Shown: positions 1 through 13,739, numbered from the whole stretch's first letter. The stretch is 63,994 bases of DNA, filler included, from Streblomastix strix (GCA_008636045.1; 4 parts of 4 records of this genome joined end to end with filler, not necessarily neighbours in it), one strand, 5' to 3'. The notes: generated by a model not told the origin, from the sequence alone. Numbers and translations: made by a program.

Positions 1-2
1 AA

Positions 3-3000
3 GGTCAATGGTATGTGAATCCTCCTAAATTATTCACAACTAAAGCATATTCTGGTGCTTCAACACATTGATTGCTATTAATTGAAGAAGAGAAAATATA
101 ATCTACTGATAATAATGATTAAGATATAAAAGTAAATTCAGAGAATAATTAATTTACTCATGTTTAGTAAATCCATAAACAATAATTATATTCAACTGAA
201 TTTAAGATTGATCAAAAAATGCAATACACTTATTCTTCTTCAATCTTTGAATTACATGAAGATGCAATTGAACCAATAGATTCATATAATGTTGGAATAG
301 ATAGTAAAAAGAAAACACTTGCATTTGGATCTGTTCAGGGTGCATATGTTCAAATCACATCATTTAAAGTAAGAATTATTCCTACACTTCGCTTCTCTGC
401 AAATCAAATTGATTAGACAAAATCGTCATCACATTCATAATAGAAAAGTTTATCTCCTATTAAATCTAATTAAACAAATGAATAAATTGACTCATTTGAA
501 GGAAAATAAAATGAAAACTATTTGTAAATCAAATCAGAATTCATTGGATTTGATGCAAAACATATGTTATCTTGGAAAGCACCTCAATTACTTAGTGAAG
601 AAATTTGTATACAACGAATTCAAAATTTACAATAAAATCAATCTAATAATTAAGAATCGTAATAAAATTTAAATCTTATTTCAAATAATGCATCAGAATA
701 AAACAATGAGACTTAGAGGATAATATTTGAATGTGCATGCATTACTGATGATCTTATAGCAGTATCATATAAATGTATTGTATTTGTCTTATTATGGAAT
801 CCTTCAAAACCTAAAATTGAATCAATTCCATCAAATTAACCAAATATTAATTAACAATAAATTCTACAACTTCCAGCTTCAATACGATCAGTTTCAACTC
901 TATGTTTTCCTTCACCTGTAAAAACTTTATCTGCATCAACAATCTGTGGTCGATCTTTCTTATCAGTTGGATGTGAATCACCTCCAGCTGTTTACTTATT
1001 CAGATTGGATGCATTTCAAGTTTCATTACAAACTGAACAATCAAGAAAGAAACTTTGGGATGATGGTGAGAAGATATTAGATAATATGAAATATTAAATT
1101 GTTTATCCTTCAATACAAAGACCAAATCCTGCATTAATTATCTAAAATGGAGTTAAAAACAAAGCAGAAATTAATGATGTTGAAAGCAGACATAATATTC
1201 GAATAGGATCAGGAAATGAGTGTAAAATATTGAGTATTGATTCTGATAAAGGATTAAATAGAAAATTGAAAAGATACAGTTCTACACTTAAATAACTTAA
1301 GTTTATTGAAGTTCTGAGTGGATCAAATTAATTTGTTGAAGTTCAATATTCTTCCAATATAACAATGACTCGTATTCTTGATTTATATCCATATGATATT
1401 CCTGAATAGATTCTTCTTACTACATTTAATCGCCAATTACTTACTTTTACATAAAACGAAATAAATGATAATGAATTGAATCGCCTAATTGATTTATCTA
1501 TTTAAACATAAAAAATAAAAAACCAATAAAAAATTGAAATTGATTAAAATATATAACAACAAAACTACCTTAACAATGAAGGAGCAGCACTTCTAATATC
1601 AGGTCATAATGGATAACTTAGCACATCAATTCTTCCACTTTCATCTCTTCTTGAATATCCACCAAATTAATCAAAATAAGATTAAAAGCTGAGTGAAGCA
1701 TAATTCTTCTTTCCATCATTAATAACAAATATGAAAATATGTCCCCAACCTGTGAAATTAGCAGAAGACAAAGGAATTATTTATCTTTATGGAGATCGAG
1801 CATCTGCATTATCATGGAGTTACAGAGCAGGAATGATTATATGGACAGAATTAGAATGTCCAGGTATAATAAGATCTTTGATGCCAATGAGAATAAAAGA
1901 TGAAGAAGAAACATCTCAAATAAATCAAGATGATATAAGCAGCGATGGAAGTGAAAAAGTGAGTCTTCCAGGATCACAAATTAGTTCAAAAGAAAACGCA
2001 ACAAATAAAACACCAATCGCTCATCCTACATTAGTTTATATTGACTATGTAGAAAGAAGATTGACTTTTGGAACAATTGACAAACGTAATATTATTCTAC
2101 GAAATGTTAAAGACCTTCCATCGCTTCCACTTTCAATAGCTCATATTCCAACAATTCATGCAATTGCTGTATTATGCAGAGAACATTCATAATATCCTTA
2201 CTATGATTAAGCTGTTGAAAATAATAAATATTTTGAATAGAATAATTTAAGCATATCTGAAGATAAAGATGAAATTGCATAGAAGAAACCACAATATTAT
2301 AGAGATTAGAATATTAACTATTAAAATTCTAAATAGCTGATTGGACTTGGATTAGATGAATCTGGAATTGTTGGAGTTGACAGATAAATGTATATGCCAT
2401 TCCACGAAATATTTCAGGATTATCTTCATTAAAGGAAGAAAATAGAAAATATTAACTTGAATTAAAATGATAATGCAAATTCTCCTTCTTAAATATTAAA
2501 ATCACCATAAATTGGAGATTAATAAAACTAAGAAAACATCATCAATAAGAAAAACGATTTATCAAAATACTAATTAACAACTCAATATTTCTAAGAGACA
2601 ATCCCAGAAATTGATGAAAAGGGAGAACAATTTTCTGATATTGCATCAGATTGGTATATTGAATGCCACTCAAAACACTTCAAAAACTATTTGCCAAAGA
2701 AATAACCTCCTTATAAATGTAACCCACCAAAGATCACACTATGTTATTCTCCTAATACTAACTTCTCAATTGCATTTCCACCTTGGTTGGATACATTGAG
2801 TATCTTGAAAGCGTTAAAGAATAATAATCTCAGTCTGACTGCAATGAAGAGGAAATACATATTAAATGCAAATAATGGACTAACTCTTCTAAATGAAATA
2901 AATAAAGGATAAAATACATAAGAGAATGATATTTAAATTAATGAACAATTGCCGTTACCTTCAAAAGATTAATTAAATTAATATAATAAAGAAATATAAA

Positions 3001-6000
3001 TTTAATTTTCTTCATCATAATCTGATATTTAAGGATTGAAAACAAAACAATAAAATATATTTTTCACTTCTAAATCATTAGAATAATTTGTTCAGACAGT
3101 AACAAGTTCATATGTAATTATACTTTTTGATGAAATTGAAATGAATCTTCGAATTGGTGAATTGAATTTATCGCGACTAAACTTAGATTTTGGTAAAAGC
3201 CAACATGAATTAGGCTCATTTCCAGAGTAAAATCAATTACAAAATAAGATAGAAAATAATGATTAATTGATCAAATAAAGCAATTCTGGAATATCAACTT
3301 TTCTATATAATTTCTTTAGTATGGCTTGTGTTACAATTCCTACATAAATTGGATATAATGAAATAAATAAATATTAAAGGTGTTATATTAATGAATTGGA
3401 AGAATCATTTAATGAAATAAAATTATAAAGAAAAGAATTAGATAAAATTAATTAATTAATTGAAGAATTTAGCTGAAACGAAATAAAAAGTGATTCATTG
3501 TAAAGATAGAATATGATTAAAACCTAATAAAAACACATATAATCACATAAATCAAAAGAATCAAATATAAAATTAAGTGTTGAAATTAATATAAAAGGAA
3601 ACAACAATAATAGCAATAATTAGAATATAAAATAAATAGAAAACTAGTAAGAAGAAGATAATTAACAGGAAGAATTAGATAATGAAGATGAATTTATGAA
3701 AATGAAAATAAATGAAGTGAAGGAGCGAATAAAAGAAAACAAACAAACATCCCGAAAAAGTGATTATTTAAAACCGATGTACATTGGAGAGTTCAACGAT
3801 CGATATGCACGATCATTAATATGTGTTCTGGGTAGAGAAGGTGCATTTGGAATTTAAAGATCAGATATCAGCACAAAAGAATAATTAGAATCATAATCAC
3901 AATAATAAAGACCATTAGATGCAGAAAATGAAACATTCTATGAAAATATGCTTACTGATATTTTCATTTTTGAAATTGATCGAAATCATATATTGAATAA
4001 TGAAAGAATAAAAGCACGATCAATACTTTAAGACTAACTTGCAAAAAGCTAAAAAAATGAAAATATTAAAGAATAGACTTATTTCTAAGATGAAATTATT
4101 TAATAAGCATTGGATGAATGTGATAATGTTGAGCATTCATATGGTGATATATCAACAGCTGCAATTTCAACCGTCTATGATAAGTCATAACTTCTTAATG
4201 TTTCATTGACCCTTCAAAAAAGGATTCGAATCTTAGGCGGAGTTTAAGGAATTTATGGACATCCTTCTACATTAGTTGTTTTAAATGGACGAGGAGCTTT
4301 TGTTTTTGTTGTTGGGGCTCGTCTTGATGATTAATAATTGTCAGCTTTCAGCAAAGTTTATCAAATAACAAAAAATAGTGAAATAATTGAGAAAAATATA
4401 CGGAATTAAATAGAAAATGATAAAAATAAAGAAATCAAAAAAGATTAATAATTAATTAATAATAAATAATCATCAGATAATATTAATTAATCTGAATAAG
4501 AATAATTTATTTATGCTGAATACTGTACTTGCACTACTCCATTAATATCAAGAAACCAAACTATTATTCCATCTGCACCATTTCACGCATCGATTTCAAA
4601 TGTTCGCACTCTATCTGATAACAAATTTAGTTCTTAATTTGAATCAAATCTATCTATTCCTAATCTTTAATAATATTATTCATTTAATAATGTTACTGGA
4701 ACTATTTATTCTCGTCCAATTGAAACATATAATAAAAGTAGTCCATTTACAATAATAATAAGATAAGTTGCACTGATTATTGCACCATCTTCAATTACAT
4801 CATTTTCATTATATCCAGCATATTGTCGCCCTGGTGGCAGTTAAATCCCCAATTCTGTTCAATCTATGACTGTTTTTAATGAATAAAGTGCAGTGAGAGA
4901 TCTTGCATTTATTCATAAAATGTCAAATATAGTACCATCATATATATCACAAAATCGATACCTTCGAGCTGCATTAATATTTTCACCATGTGGATTTGCT
5001 TTTGTCGATATTAAATTTAATCCTGCGTTATAATCAAATAATATAGCAATGGTAAAATAACATAAATTATGTGCATTTAATCAGAATGATGCTGAAAGAA
5101 TGGGGAAGATAATTTCAAAATCAAAACATATTTATGATATGAAAAGAAAGAAACTTAATAATAATTAAAATCAAAATAAAATAAAGAAAAAAGAAGTAAA
5201 ACAAAATTTTGAATATGTGTCTAATTCTTAAATTTCGAAATCTTCTTCTGATATTTCGAAACATATTCCAAAATTGAAATAAATTCCTCCTTCGCTTTAA
5301 GTATTCTACAAAAAATAAGATTATGAAAAAATTGAATTGCCAGGAACATCTATTTTACCACTTTCATTCATTCAGAAGAGATGTTACCATTGCAATTAAG
5401 TAATAAAGTAAAAACAAAATTATTCGATAAATCTACTTCAAAATATTTCTTCTTAATCTTCAAACAGTATCGAATAAAATAATTCTCAAATTAATTAAAT
5501 TTAATCAAATGAATAAGTTTAATCTTCTCCAATCAAACTTCCTCTTCCATCTGGCACTGACATTGGAATAGTTGCAGGAATTTATTTAAAGCATCGTCCA
5601 ATTGATCTTATTAAACCATCAATTGTATTTGGTCAGAAAATTAGTTTAATAGCATAAGCATATGCACCATCTCTTATTATTGATGCAGCTCAAGTTGGAA
5701 TTAATTAATTCGCATTGATTGGAGATTATGATATTCTCATTTATGCACTCGTTCCAAATCCACTTTACAAACGAGTGAAACATTAATTCAAACTAAAGAA
5801 TAGTGATTAAATTATTGATAACGATGGATATGAATATCTTCCAATGTGTGTCGTTTTAAACGCACGAATTCCAACATATCGACATTTCTCATTTATTCAA
5901 AGATGCAGCCTTGGATTAAATTCAGTATTCAGTGGATTGAGTAGTAGTTTCATAAATAAAATGCATCGAAACATGGAAATGATTAGAAATTCATAAATAG

Positions 6001-8713
6001 GCAACAATGAACCTGTAGATGATAAAGATAACAAAAATATAAATAAATAAGGAAATGAATTAAATTAATAAACTGATGAATAAAATGAAGCTGATGATGA
6101 TTCTTTGTATGCAGAAGATTTTGACAGTAAGTATTATATGAATATGGTAAATTAAAATTAAACCGAAAGAAAATTACTGAATCTATCTTAAAAAGGATCA
6201 ATGCAAATTCTTCCTGCAGTTCCATCTTTTATCTTGTTCTCTCGTTCTGGCGCCATAATACGTTCGATTCCATCTTATTTTGATTAAATACCTGTAAAGG
6301 AATTATTTGTTAATTCGCATATATTTTTTATTCTTGATCAGTGCTTTGGTGATATTTGGAAACATTAATAGATAAAATTGTTCAATGAATATTACAGATT
6401 AGATGAGCAAACATTAAGATTGAGTACAATAGAAAGATCAATTCGTGAATACATTTCAACTGGGAGAATTTCACGAAGGCCACCATTCCCAATGGGAGAA
6501 TATTTGCCTCCGATGTACGGTTTAAAAGATTGGAGATTTTTAGAAAGCCAAGTATATAACTTATATAAAAATATTTTTTATATATTATTTAATAATATTT
6601 CAAATTAATTTTTATTTGTAACAATTATTTTTTATTTTATTATTAATGCAATTTTATAATTTAGTCAATATTTGGATTATCCCCATTTCCAATAACTCCT
6701 GAAACAACTAGTTGGAAGATTTTGAACATTCAAAATGCAATTGCAACAGTTAAAAGACAAATATTATATGGTCGAACTTTGAATTAACATCGTCTTGTCA
6801 TCCGCGAAATTCTTCGACGCCTTCTCAAGAATTTTAACAGCCTGAATTTGCCAAAAGGAAACATTGATGAAATTCAAGATAAAAACACTGAGACATTACT
6901 TATTAAACTTACATATATTCTGATGTGCACAATTACGAAACCTATCTCAACAATACAAAGAAACATTGAGGAAGATTTTGCAAAAAGAATGTATTTCTTA
7001 TTCAAATAATCTAGGATTGGTTTAAGATAACTTTCAATTGCTATTAATAATCCAAATGACAAATTTATCAAACGATTGAAATAAGAATATCAATAAATGA
7101 ATGGATTAGATCGAACACTTAATAATTAGTTTTGGCTTAAATATCGAAATTTAGTCTTTCAAGAACAGATTGGAATCAAATAAAAATTCAGTATTAGCTT
7201 CAAAGATGATGAAACTGTTGATGGTGTTTTGCCTCCTGGTTTATCAAAGGATCCAATCAAACTTTCTAAAAAGTCATAATAATATTCATCTTAATATGCA
7301 CTTGATTTATATAGCATAACCGAAAAGTTGTATTTCAATAAAACTCATCTTTAAACATGTGGAATGAGTCTACAAATTGATTCATTATTCAAATCACTCG
7401 TAAAAGTAAATCAAAATGTTTAAATGATTAGCAAAGGCAAAGATTTTTATAAGAAAGTTCATTTAGATATGAGTGATGAGAAATCAAAATCTGATGATGA
7501 AATAGATTTTATAAGCAAATTTACCATTGAAGCGCTTCCAATGTATTCTTTGTAACAAGTAAATGAACCTAAAAAGAAATAAAGTTATAAAAATGAAAAA
7601 TAAATAAGTCACAACCAGTAATCTGAGAAAAAATAATAAGTTACATCTGATTCTCAGAAACATATTCAGAAAGATTATAACGTTAATATTTAAGATTAGA
7701 TAAATATTCAATCCAATGATTCAAAACATCATTTGAATCAAGTTGATAATAAAAATATCAAAGAAAAAAATACTTCACATGAACATAGACATGATTATAT
7801 TAAAGATCGTGTGAAAATGAAAGATAATTAAAATGAGAGAGAAAAAGATAGAAAATATTAAAAAGAAAGAAAAGAAAAAAATTAACACTAAAAAGAAATA
7901 CTAAAAGATTTAAATCATAATTTATCACAATAATTTATTTCTATAGAATCAAATTAATAAAATCAATTAATATAAAATAGGTAATCTCCATAAAGCAAAT
8001 TTCAATAATAATAACAATAAATTAACAACTCTTCCAATTAAGAATAATAAAATTATTAAGATTATAAATCTGAACTTGATTTCACTGATGATTTTACTGA
8101 CATTACAAGAAAAGCAGCTTCATTTCATTTAGTTAAATCAGATCAAGTATTACTTCCTTCTCTTTAAAGAGTTTAATATAATCAACACTTTCCACACTAC
8201 ATCCAAAGTTAAGAAGAATAGCAAGATGTAGATTATGGAGAGAATGCTGGTATAGTAGAAATGAAGTTCAAAGTTGAATAAAGGAATGAAAAAGAAGGAA
8301 AATAATAAATTAATAATAATACTCAATCATCTTCTATATTATCTATAGCTAATATTGGAACAGTAGGATGTGCTACTCATAATCAAAATATAGAATAAAT
8401 GCAAACTTCACATAACAATTCAGTTAATGCATAACCCATATCTTATTAAAACAAATAATCTTCTTCATCATCTTCAAATCTTAATATATAATAAGAATTT
8501 TAAATTACTGATTCTCCTTAATCAGAATAGTTGCACCAAAAATCCTTTTTTGGTGTTTCTGGTTTAGGTACAAATTCTTCACTTATCTCACATAGCGCTG
8601 ATATATACAGCTGCTCAAAAAAGCATGATATAGTAAAGCATACTTCAAATTTGAAAGACATTGATGATAAAAGTTAAAAGGAAATAAAAGATGATGTAGA
8701 TAAATTAACATGA
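3..8713 (+). CDS. Giant DDB1/CPSF160/SF3B3-family beta-propeller protein with Q/N-rich insertions; 5'-truncated; exons 3-6551 and 6665-8713
   Basis: One frame stays open under TAA/TAG=Gln for about 2,860 codons, apart from in-frame TGA at 69-71 and 3474-3476, and ends at TGA 8711-8713. Segments resemble DDB1: TLAFGSVQGAYVQITSFKVRII, YLYGDRASALSWS and LTFGTIDKRNIILRNVKDLPSLPLSIAHIP. Family call by eye. Confidence 0.65.
6552..6664 (+). other. Spliceosomal intron (113 nt, phase 0)
   Basis: GTATAT...TTTAG, very T/A-rich. Removal joins ...FLESQ to SIFGLSPFP... and explains the frame change. Confidence 0.85.
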
Positions 8714-9391
8714 ATTAATAGTTTTTACTCATTAATATAATGTTGTTAATTTTTGAACAATTAGATATAATTTAAAAATATCATTTAACTCATAACTTAA
8801 TTTTTATAAATATATGAAATTTTTAATTCCTTTTATTTTATTTTTAATCTTTATAATATAATTCAGTTAATAAATTTAATTATGGTAACTTAATCTTAAT
8901 TAATTGTTATTAGTTTAATAGTTCATAAATAATTGTTTTTTTTAATTTAGTTATCAACATTAATAAATACTTTATATGAATGAATTCTCATAAACTTTTT
9001 TTTTAATATGAAAACCAGATGAGAAAATTAATTATTATTTTTTAAAAAATTTTAGAACGTTGTCACGGAATTCAATTGTTCAACCTCTTTATTACGAGAT
9101 ACCATACTCGGCTGTAGGGACTCGATGCTCCCACGAGGTGTCCATCCCTATGGGTTGGCCATTATTTAAAATTTAAAAAAACGTTGAAATGTTAATATAC
9201 CGTATGATTAAAAATGCGGAATATTAAATAAAAATGCGGAACGTTAATTTTTTTTGGTCTAATGTATTGAAACTATTAATTATGATATATTAAATAATAC
9301 ATCAATTACTTAAGCAACAAATTGTATTAGTTCAAATATATAACTATAAACTGTGAAGTTGCATAAACTTAATTCTCTCTTAATTTTTGCT

Positions 9392-11611
9392 TCAGTCAAA
9401 CCTAATAGAAACATAATGCATCCTTGATACATATCCAATCTCAATTATTGGATCATGATCGTCACCCTGTTCAAACGTTACGTTGTTAATCATTCTAATT
9501 CTAATTCTCACATGATAGAGATTGCATATAGCGCGAAATATGCGCCCATCACCATATTCTCCATTTTATTGCATTCTTTTTCCATAATTCTCAATAGATT
9601 CAGTTTCATCAAAAAGCTCTATGTTCTCTTGCATGTGATCTAGCAAATATTAACAGGCATCCCTGCGCACTGTAGCCGCTGTGACACCAAGACGATGCAA
9701 TTGGTCCGCAATAGCACTAAAACGGAAAACAATGTAAAAATAATGAAAATTTTCAAAAAATTATACAATAATATCTAATAAATATAATTTTTCATACAAG
9801 AACAAGCAATTACCCATCCCTCGATTGTTCCTAATAGTACCTCCAATCAGCTGAACTTCTTGCCTCATTATTTCAATCTCATCAGGCACTGAATTTTGAG
9901 TTTGAACTTGAATATTTCTCATATACAGTCTAGATTTTAAATCAATTACTTGTATTGGCACTATGATTACAGGTAATTATTGTTCATAATCATATCTAAC
10001 TCTCTTTAATATCCTTTCTCTAATCTCTTTCTTAATAATTGATGATTTTTTATCAGGTATCTAACGCTTGATTTCAACTTGCTTATCAAATTCAGTTTCA
10101 ACTTCAGAATTATTTCTCTTCCTTTTTTGTGGCCCAGCTATTACTTTGCAGGAAGCTTATTGATTTGATGGGTGTCTACCTTCAGGAAATTCAGGGTTTG
10201 AATAATCTTGTCTTATTTATTCTTAATGTATTGGCATCTATTCATCTCTTGGGTATATTCCTGTTATTCTAAAACCATTTGACCGTGTTTGTTAAGTAGA
10301 ACACTACTGGAATGAATCAATTGCACATTGGATGCTTAACTCTCTTTTTAACGATTCATTGATCTTGATTATGTCCCTTAGATGCAAAGTCTTTTTAAAC
10401 TCATTCAATCTTTGTCTCATTAACTTTTTGTAACAAGCCCTGAACGATCTGAAGACAGCTACGTCAAGAGGTTAAATTATCTATGTAAGCGCACCTGGCA
10501 ATGTTATAGCTCGTATATTTGCTCTCTCTAATATATCTTGCACTCCTGGATGATTCCTTGAGTAATGTCCGTCTAGTAAAAGCAGAACAGGTTCTTGAGC
10601 ATTAAGATAGTTCTAATTTCTTAACTCTTAGATCCAGTTAGCAAAATTTTGAATCCATGTGAAAAATATTTCTTCATTAATGAAACCTGAATTTGAAATT
10701 GAGATTGTTATTTAGTTACTTTCAATGAACTGCACTAGATTCTTTGGAACTCTAGTCAGATTGGAAAGTATAATTAAGGGTGGCAGATAACGGACTCCTG
10801 CTGAAATTGTGGGGCAAAATGTAAGATGTTTTCCAAGTTTTGCTATTGGTTTTTATGGTCCCCGTCTTGTACCTCGTTCCTTTGCTACGCGATCCTTGCC
10901 TTCAAATGAGAGCGATATCTCATCCATATTGAAGATTCCACGTTCTCTCACTCCAACAAGGAAATCTGGCGTATAAATTGTTGCGAACCAATTGTGAATA
11001 TTACTTGCGCATTAAGCTGACAGTCTATTTGGATCTATTCCTTAGTTTGTATTAAACATGATGTTGTGATTGCGAGCAAACAGTCGTACGTACTCAATCG
11101 AAGGCGGCACCGCTTTTAATCTAAATTATTTGATTAGCCCCGTAAGACGCAATTATTGAGATCTAACTAATGCTACACTTAATTCTTATCGTCTTGCATT
11201 TAAAAATCTTTCGGATATATCATCTTCTGTTACATATCTTGATTCGTGAATATCTTGATAAATTTAATCTGCAACTTTTGCAACGCGTTCCGGTGTTACA
11301 TAAGATGGCAATTTGATATGGTCTACCACATAATTTGTCTGTCGGCACCACAGTTTACATATATCATAAACAGTTCGTATTGGGAGACCATAGTCGCGCG
11401 CTGCGAGCGTCGGATGTCCAGGATTCGCCAAAAGACAGGCAATTACTAACCAGAAGATTGAAGCACCAATGCGTTAAGATCTTGTTGCACGAATGCTACG
11501 TTTTGTTGGTAGCCTTTTCCCCAAATATTCAATGTATTAATTAAATTACTTAATGCACTTGTATCCATAGAATCAAAAAAATATTGAATGATTTTAATAA
11601 ATACTAATCAT
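9392..11611 (-). CDS. HTH + DDE_1 (DD35D) transposase fused to a C-terminal OTU cysteine protease, ~710 aa
   Basis: A single frame carries the HTH LAARDYGLPIRTVYD, FNMDE, LLLDGHYSR-x-QPLD (35 residues between the Asps), GFRITGIYP and NLS-like PQKRKR. It continues into OTU motifs GMGNCLF/FAIADQL...TVRR...GEYGDG...IGY...HYVS, then TGA. The start is uncertain: ATG 11611 is followed by an in-frame TGA at 11573-11575. Confidence 0.88.
9717..9797 (-). other. Spliceosomal intron (81 nt, phase 2) inside the OTU domain
   Basis: GTATGA...TTTTAG on the minus strand, T-rich. Splicing yields GNCLFFAIADQL, matching the OTU consensus GNCLFxAxAxQL. Confidence 0.82.
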
Positions 11612-13706
11612 TTACTTTTTTGTATTATAAAAAATATTTAATTAATATTATAGTTAATATTTTGCAATTATAGCCTTTATTCCGCATTTTTAAATAAATT
11701 CCGCATTTTTAATCATACGGTGGTTACAATTAGCGCAGTAGAATTAGTGCACTGTGGTACAGTCCATGTATATTATTTCCACATATTTTAATTGTTTATT
11801 TTTCTATTATTCATTCAAATAATAAAGTTGAGCACATTTTTGAATTGTGTATCTTGCTGCACATTGCGAAAAATTTTCTTGAGCAAAAACTTACCGATAG
11901 CACAAAGCGTTGTTTGTTACTTTTTTGTGTTAATGCTAATTATATATAATAATTATTTATTATATTTATATTTTATATTTAAAATAGAAAAATAGAATAT
12001 TAGTGCAAGAGCAAATGACGAAATTGTTCATTTGTCCGATTTCCAAAGGTACTTAAATATTCAAAATACTAAGTTTATTTAGAACCTTTATTTATAGTTT
12101 TATTTATTATATTTCACAAAAATTAATTCATCAAATTTATTCATTAACTAATATTTCTTTGTTTAATTTTTAAACATTTAAATGCAGATCTTCTGAGGCT
12201 TAATGCAATATTTCAAATAGGCCAAAAGTATATAATATACTTTCTAATTCATTCAAATTGAGCTAGACCTTCGACATTTTAGTATTTAAGTTCTCTATTT
12301 AATTTTTTTTACAGTTTTTTAATCTTTACTCCACAATAAAGAATTATTAAACTTTATAATACAAATTTTTAATACAAAGTCGAGTTAATCTCATCATAAT
12401 ATTTTATTTTTAACTTTTATTTTTGCCTAGATCAGTATTTTGAATTTTTCTAAAAATGTTAAATTGAACGAACGTGGTGTTGAATTAGAAAAATTGACAG
12501 TTTTAAAATAGGGACGATATCTTGACAAAATGCCATGGCATTTTGACAAAAATGGGTGACATGCCTTACATCGAAGATAAATCGATATAAGACTCCAAAA
12601 TAAACTATTCTAAACTCCACAATATGCGGTGCACGACCTCATCTTTGGGGGCGCGGCTACATCAATGAAAACGCATTAAAAATTGATTAACCAAGATAGC
12701 ATATTTTCCATCTCAATTGTTAGTTATTTTTGAAATATATATGGATATTTTCTATCAAATTAAATTGGTCATCATATGAAATATTATCTAAATGCTACAA
12801 TAATATAAAAACGGGATTTAAACATTTAATAATCTAAAATTTTCTTCTTATAATAATATAATTACGTTGATATTGACACATATATATTAATAACTGAAAT
12901 TTGCATCATGATACATAATATTAGTCCATGAAAATCCATTTTAATTTCTCCAAAAAGAAATTCTTTCGTAGAACGATTATTAATCATTTAACTTGCACAA
13001 TTTTTATTTTATTTTTGGGGATGCCAAATTGCCAAAGGGGGTAAAGTGGGGCAGGGCAAACTAGAAATGTTGGAAAGCTAAACTGTTAATAAAATACAAA
13101 AATAAATAGAATTTTTTTTTAAATTTATGAAAAAATTATAAAGAAAAAAATGTGAGTTAATCTATCTCTACGGGGGTTTACTATTTTGCGGAAATGTAAT
13201 ATATTGTGGATTTGAATTATCATAATATGTTTAAAAATAAATCTTATTTAGCGATTATATGTTGATTTGTAGCTTAACATATAAATTTGTCTTGAAATTT
13301 TTAATAAAATCGTTTTTGTGTTTAATCAGGAATAATTTGTTTTGAATTTCATTTAAAATTTCAAGTAGTACGATATAAAAAAGAATTCAATAATTATTTT
13401 GAGTATATTATAGTGTATCTAATGGTAAAGGTAAAAAATGTAAAAATGTGCGCTTTTGTTTGAAGTAAGTTAAATACTAATAATTATATTCAAATAAGCT
13501 AGCATATATTTATATTAATTAAATAAAATATAGATAATAAAATATAGAATAATGAGATATTAAGAACAAGTGGGGCAAGCTTTTAATTGAGAGCATCAGT
13601 AATTAATTGTGGGCAAAAAATTTAATAAGGGGCAGAATTTTTTAATTGGGGGGCAGCTGCCTCTTTTTATTTTTGTGAGAAGTATGGTCAATTATTCATA
13701 AAATTG

Positions 13707-13733
<27 letters not shown>
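13707..13733. repeat. (AT)n microsatellite
   Basis: Run of ATATAT... present only in the left arm of the inverted repeat. Confidence 0.8.

Positions 13734-13739
<6 letters not shown>

Larger units (their letters stand above)
9200..11720 (-). mobile_element. pogo/Fot1-like (Tc1/mariner superfamily) DNA transposon, 2521 bp
   Basis: TIRs 9200-9241 and 11680-11720 have an identical first 23 bp (CCGTATGATTAAAAATGCGGAAT) and a duplicated AAAAATGCGGAA. Left flank is TA, right flank TG (mutated TA TSD). They enclose a transposase ORF. Confidence 0.92.

Noticed and set aside
3474..3476. Selenocysteine at the in-frame TGA
   Set aside because: The context is not redox-like and no SECIS-like hairpin is visible in the AT-rich 3' region after 8713. 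Not formally excluded.
11461..11568. ATG 11568 as the transposase start
   Set aside because: It is out of frame with the HTH/DDE frame, and no intron was found that reconciles it.
12047..12295. Possible small MITE (ACTTAAATA...TATTTAAGT ends)
   Set aside because: The inverted match is short and AT-rich, and no TSD was found.
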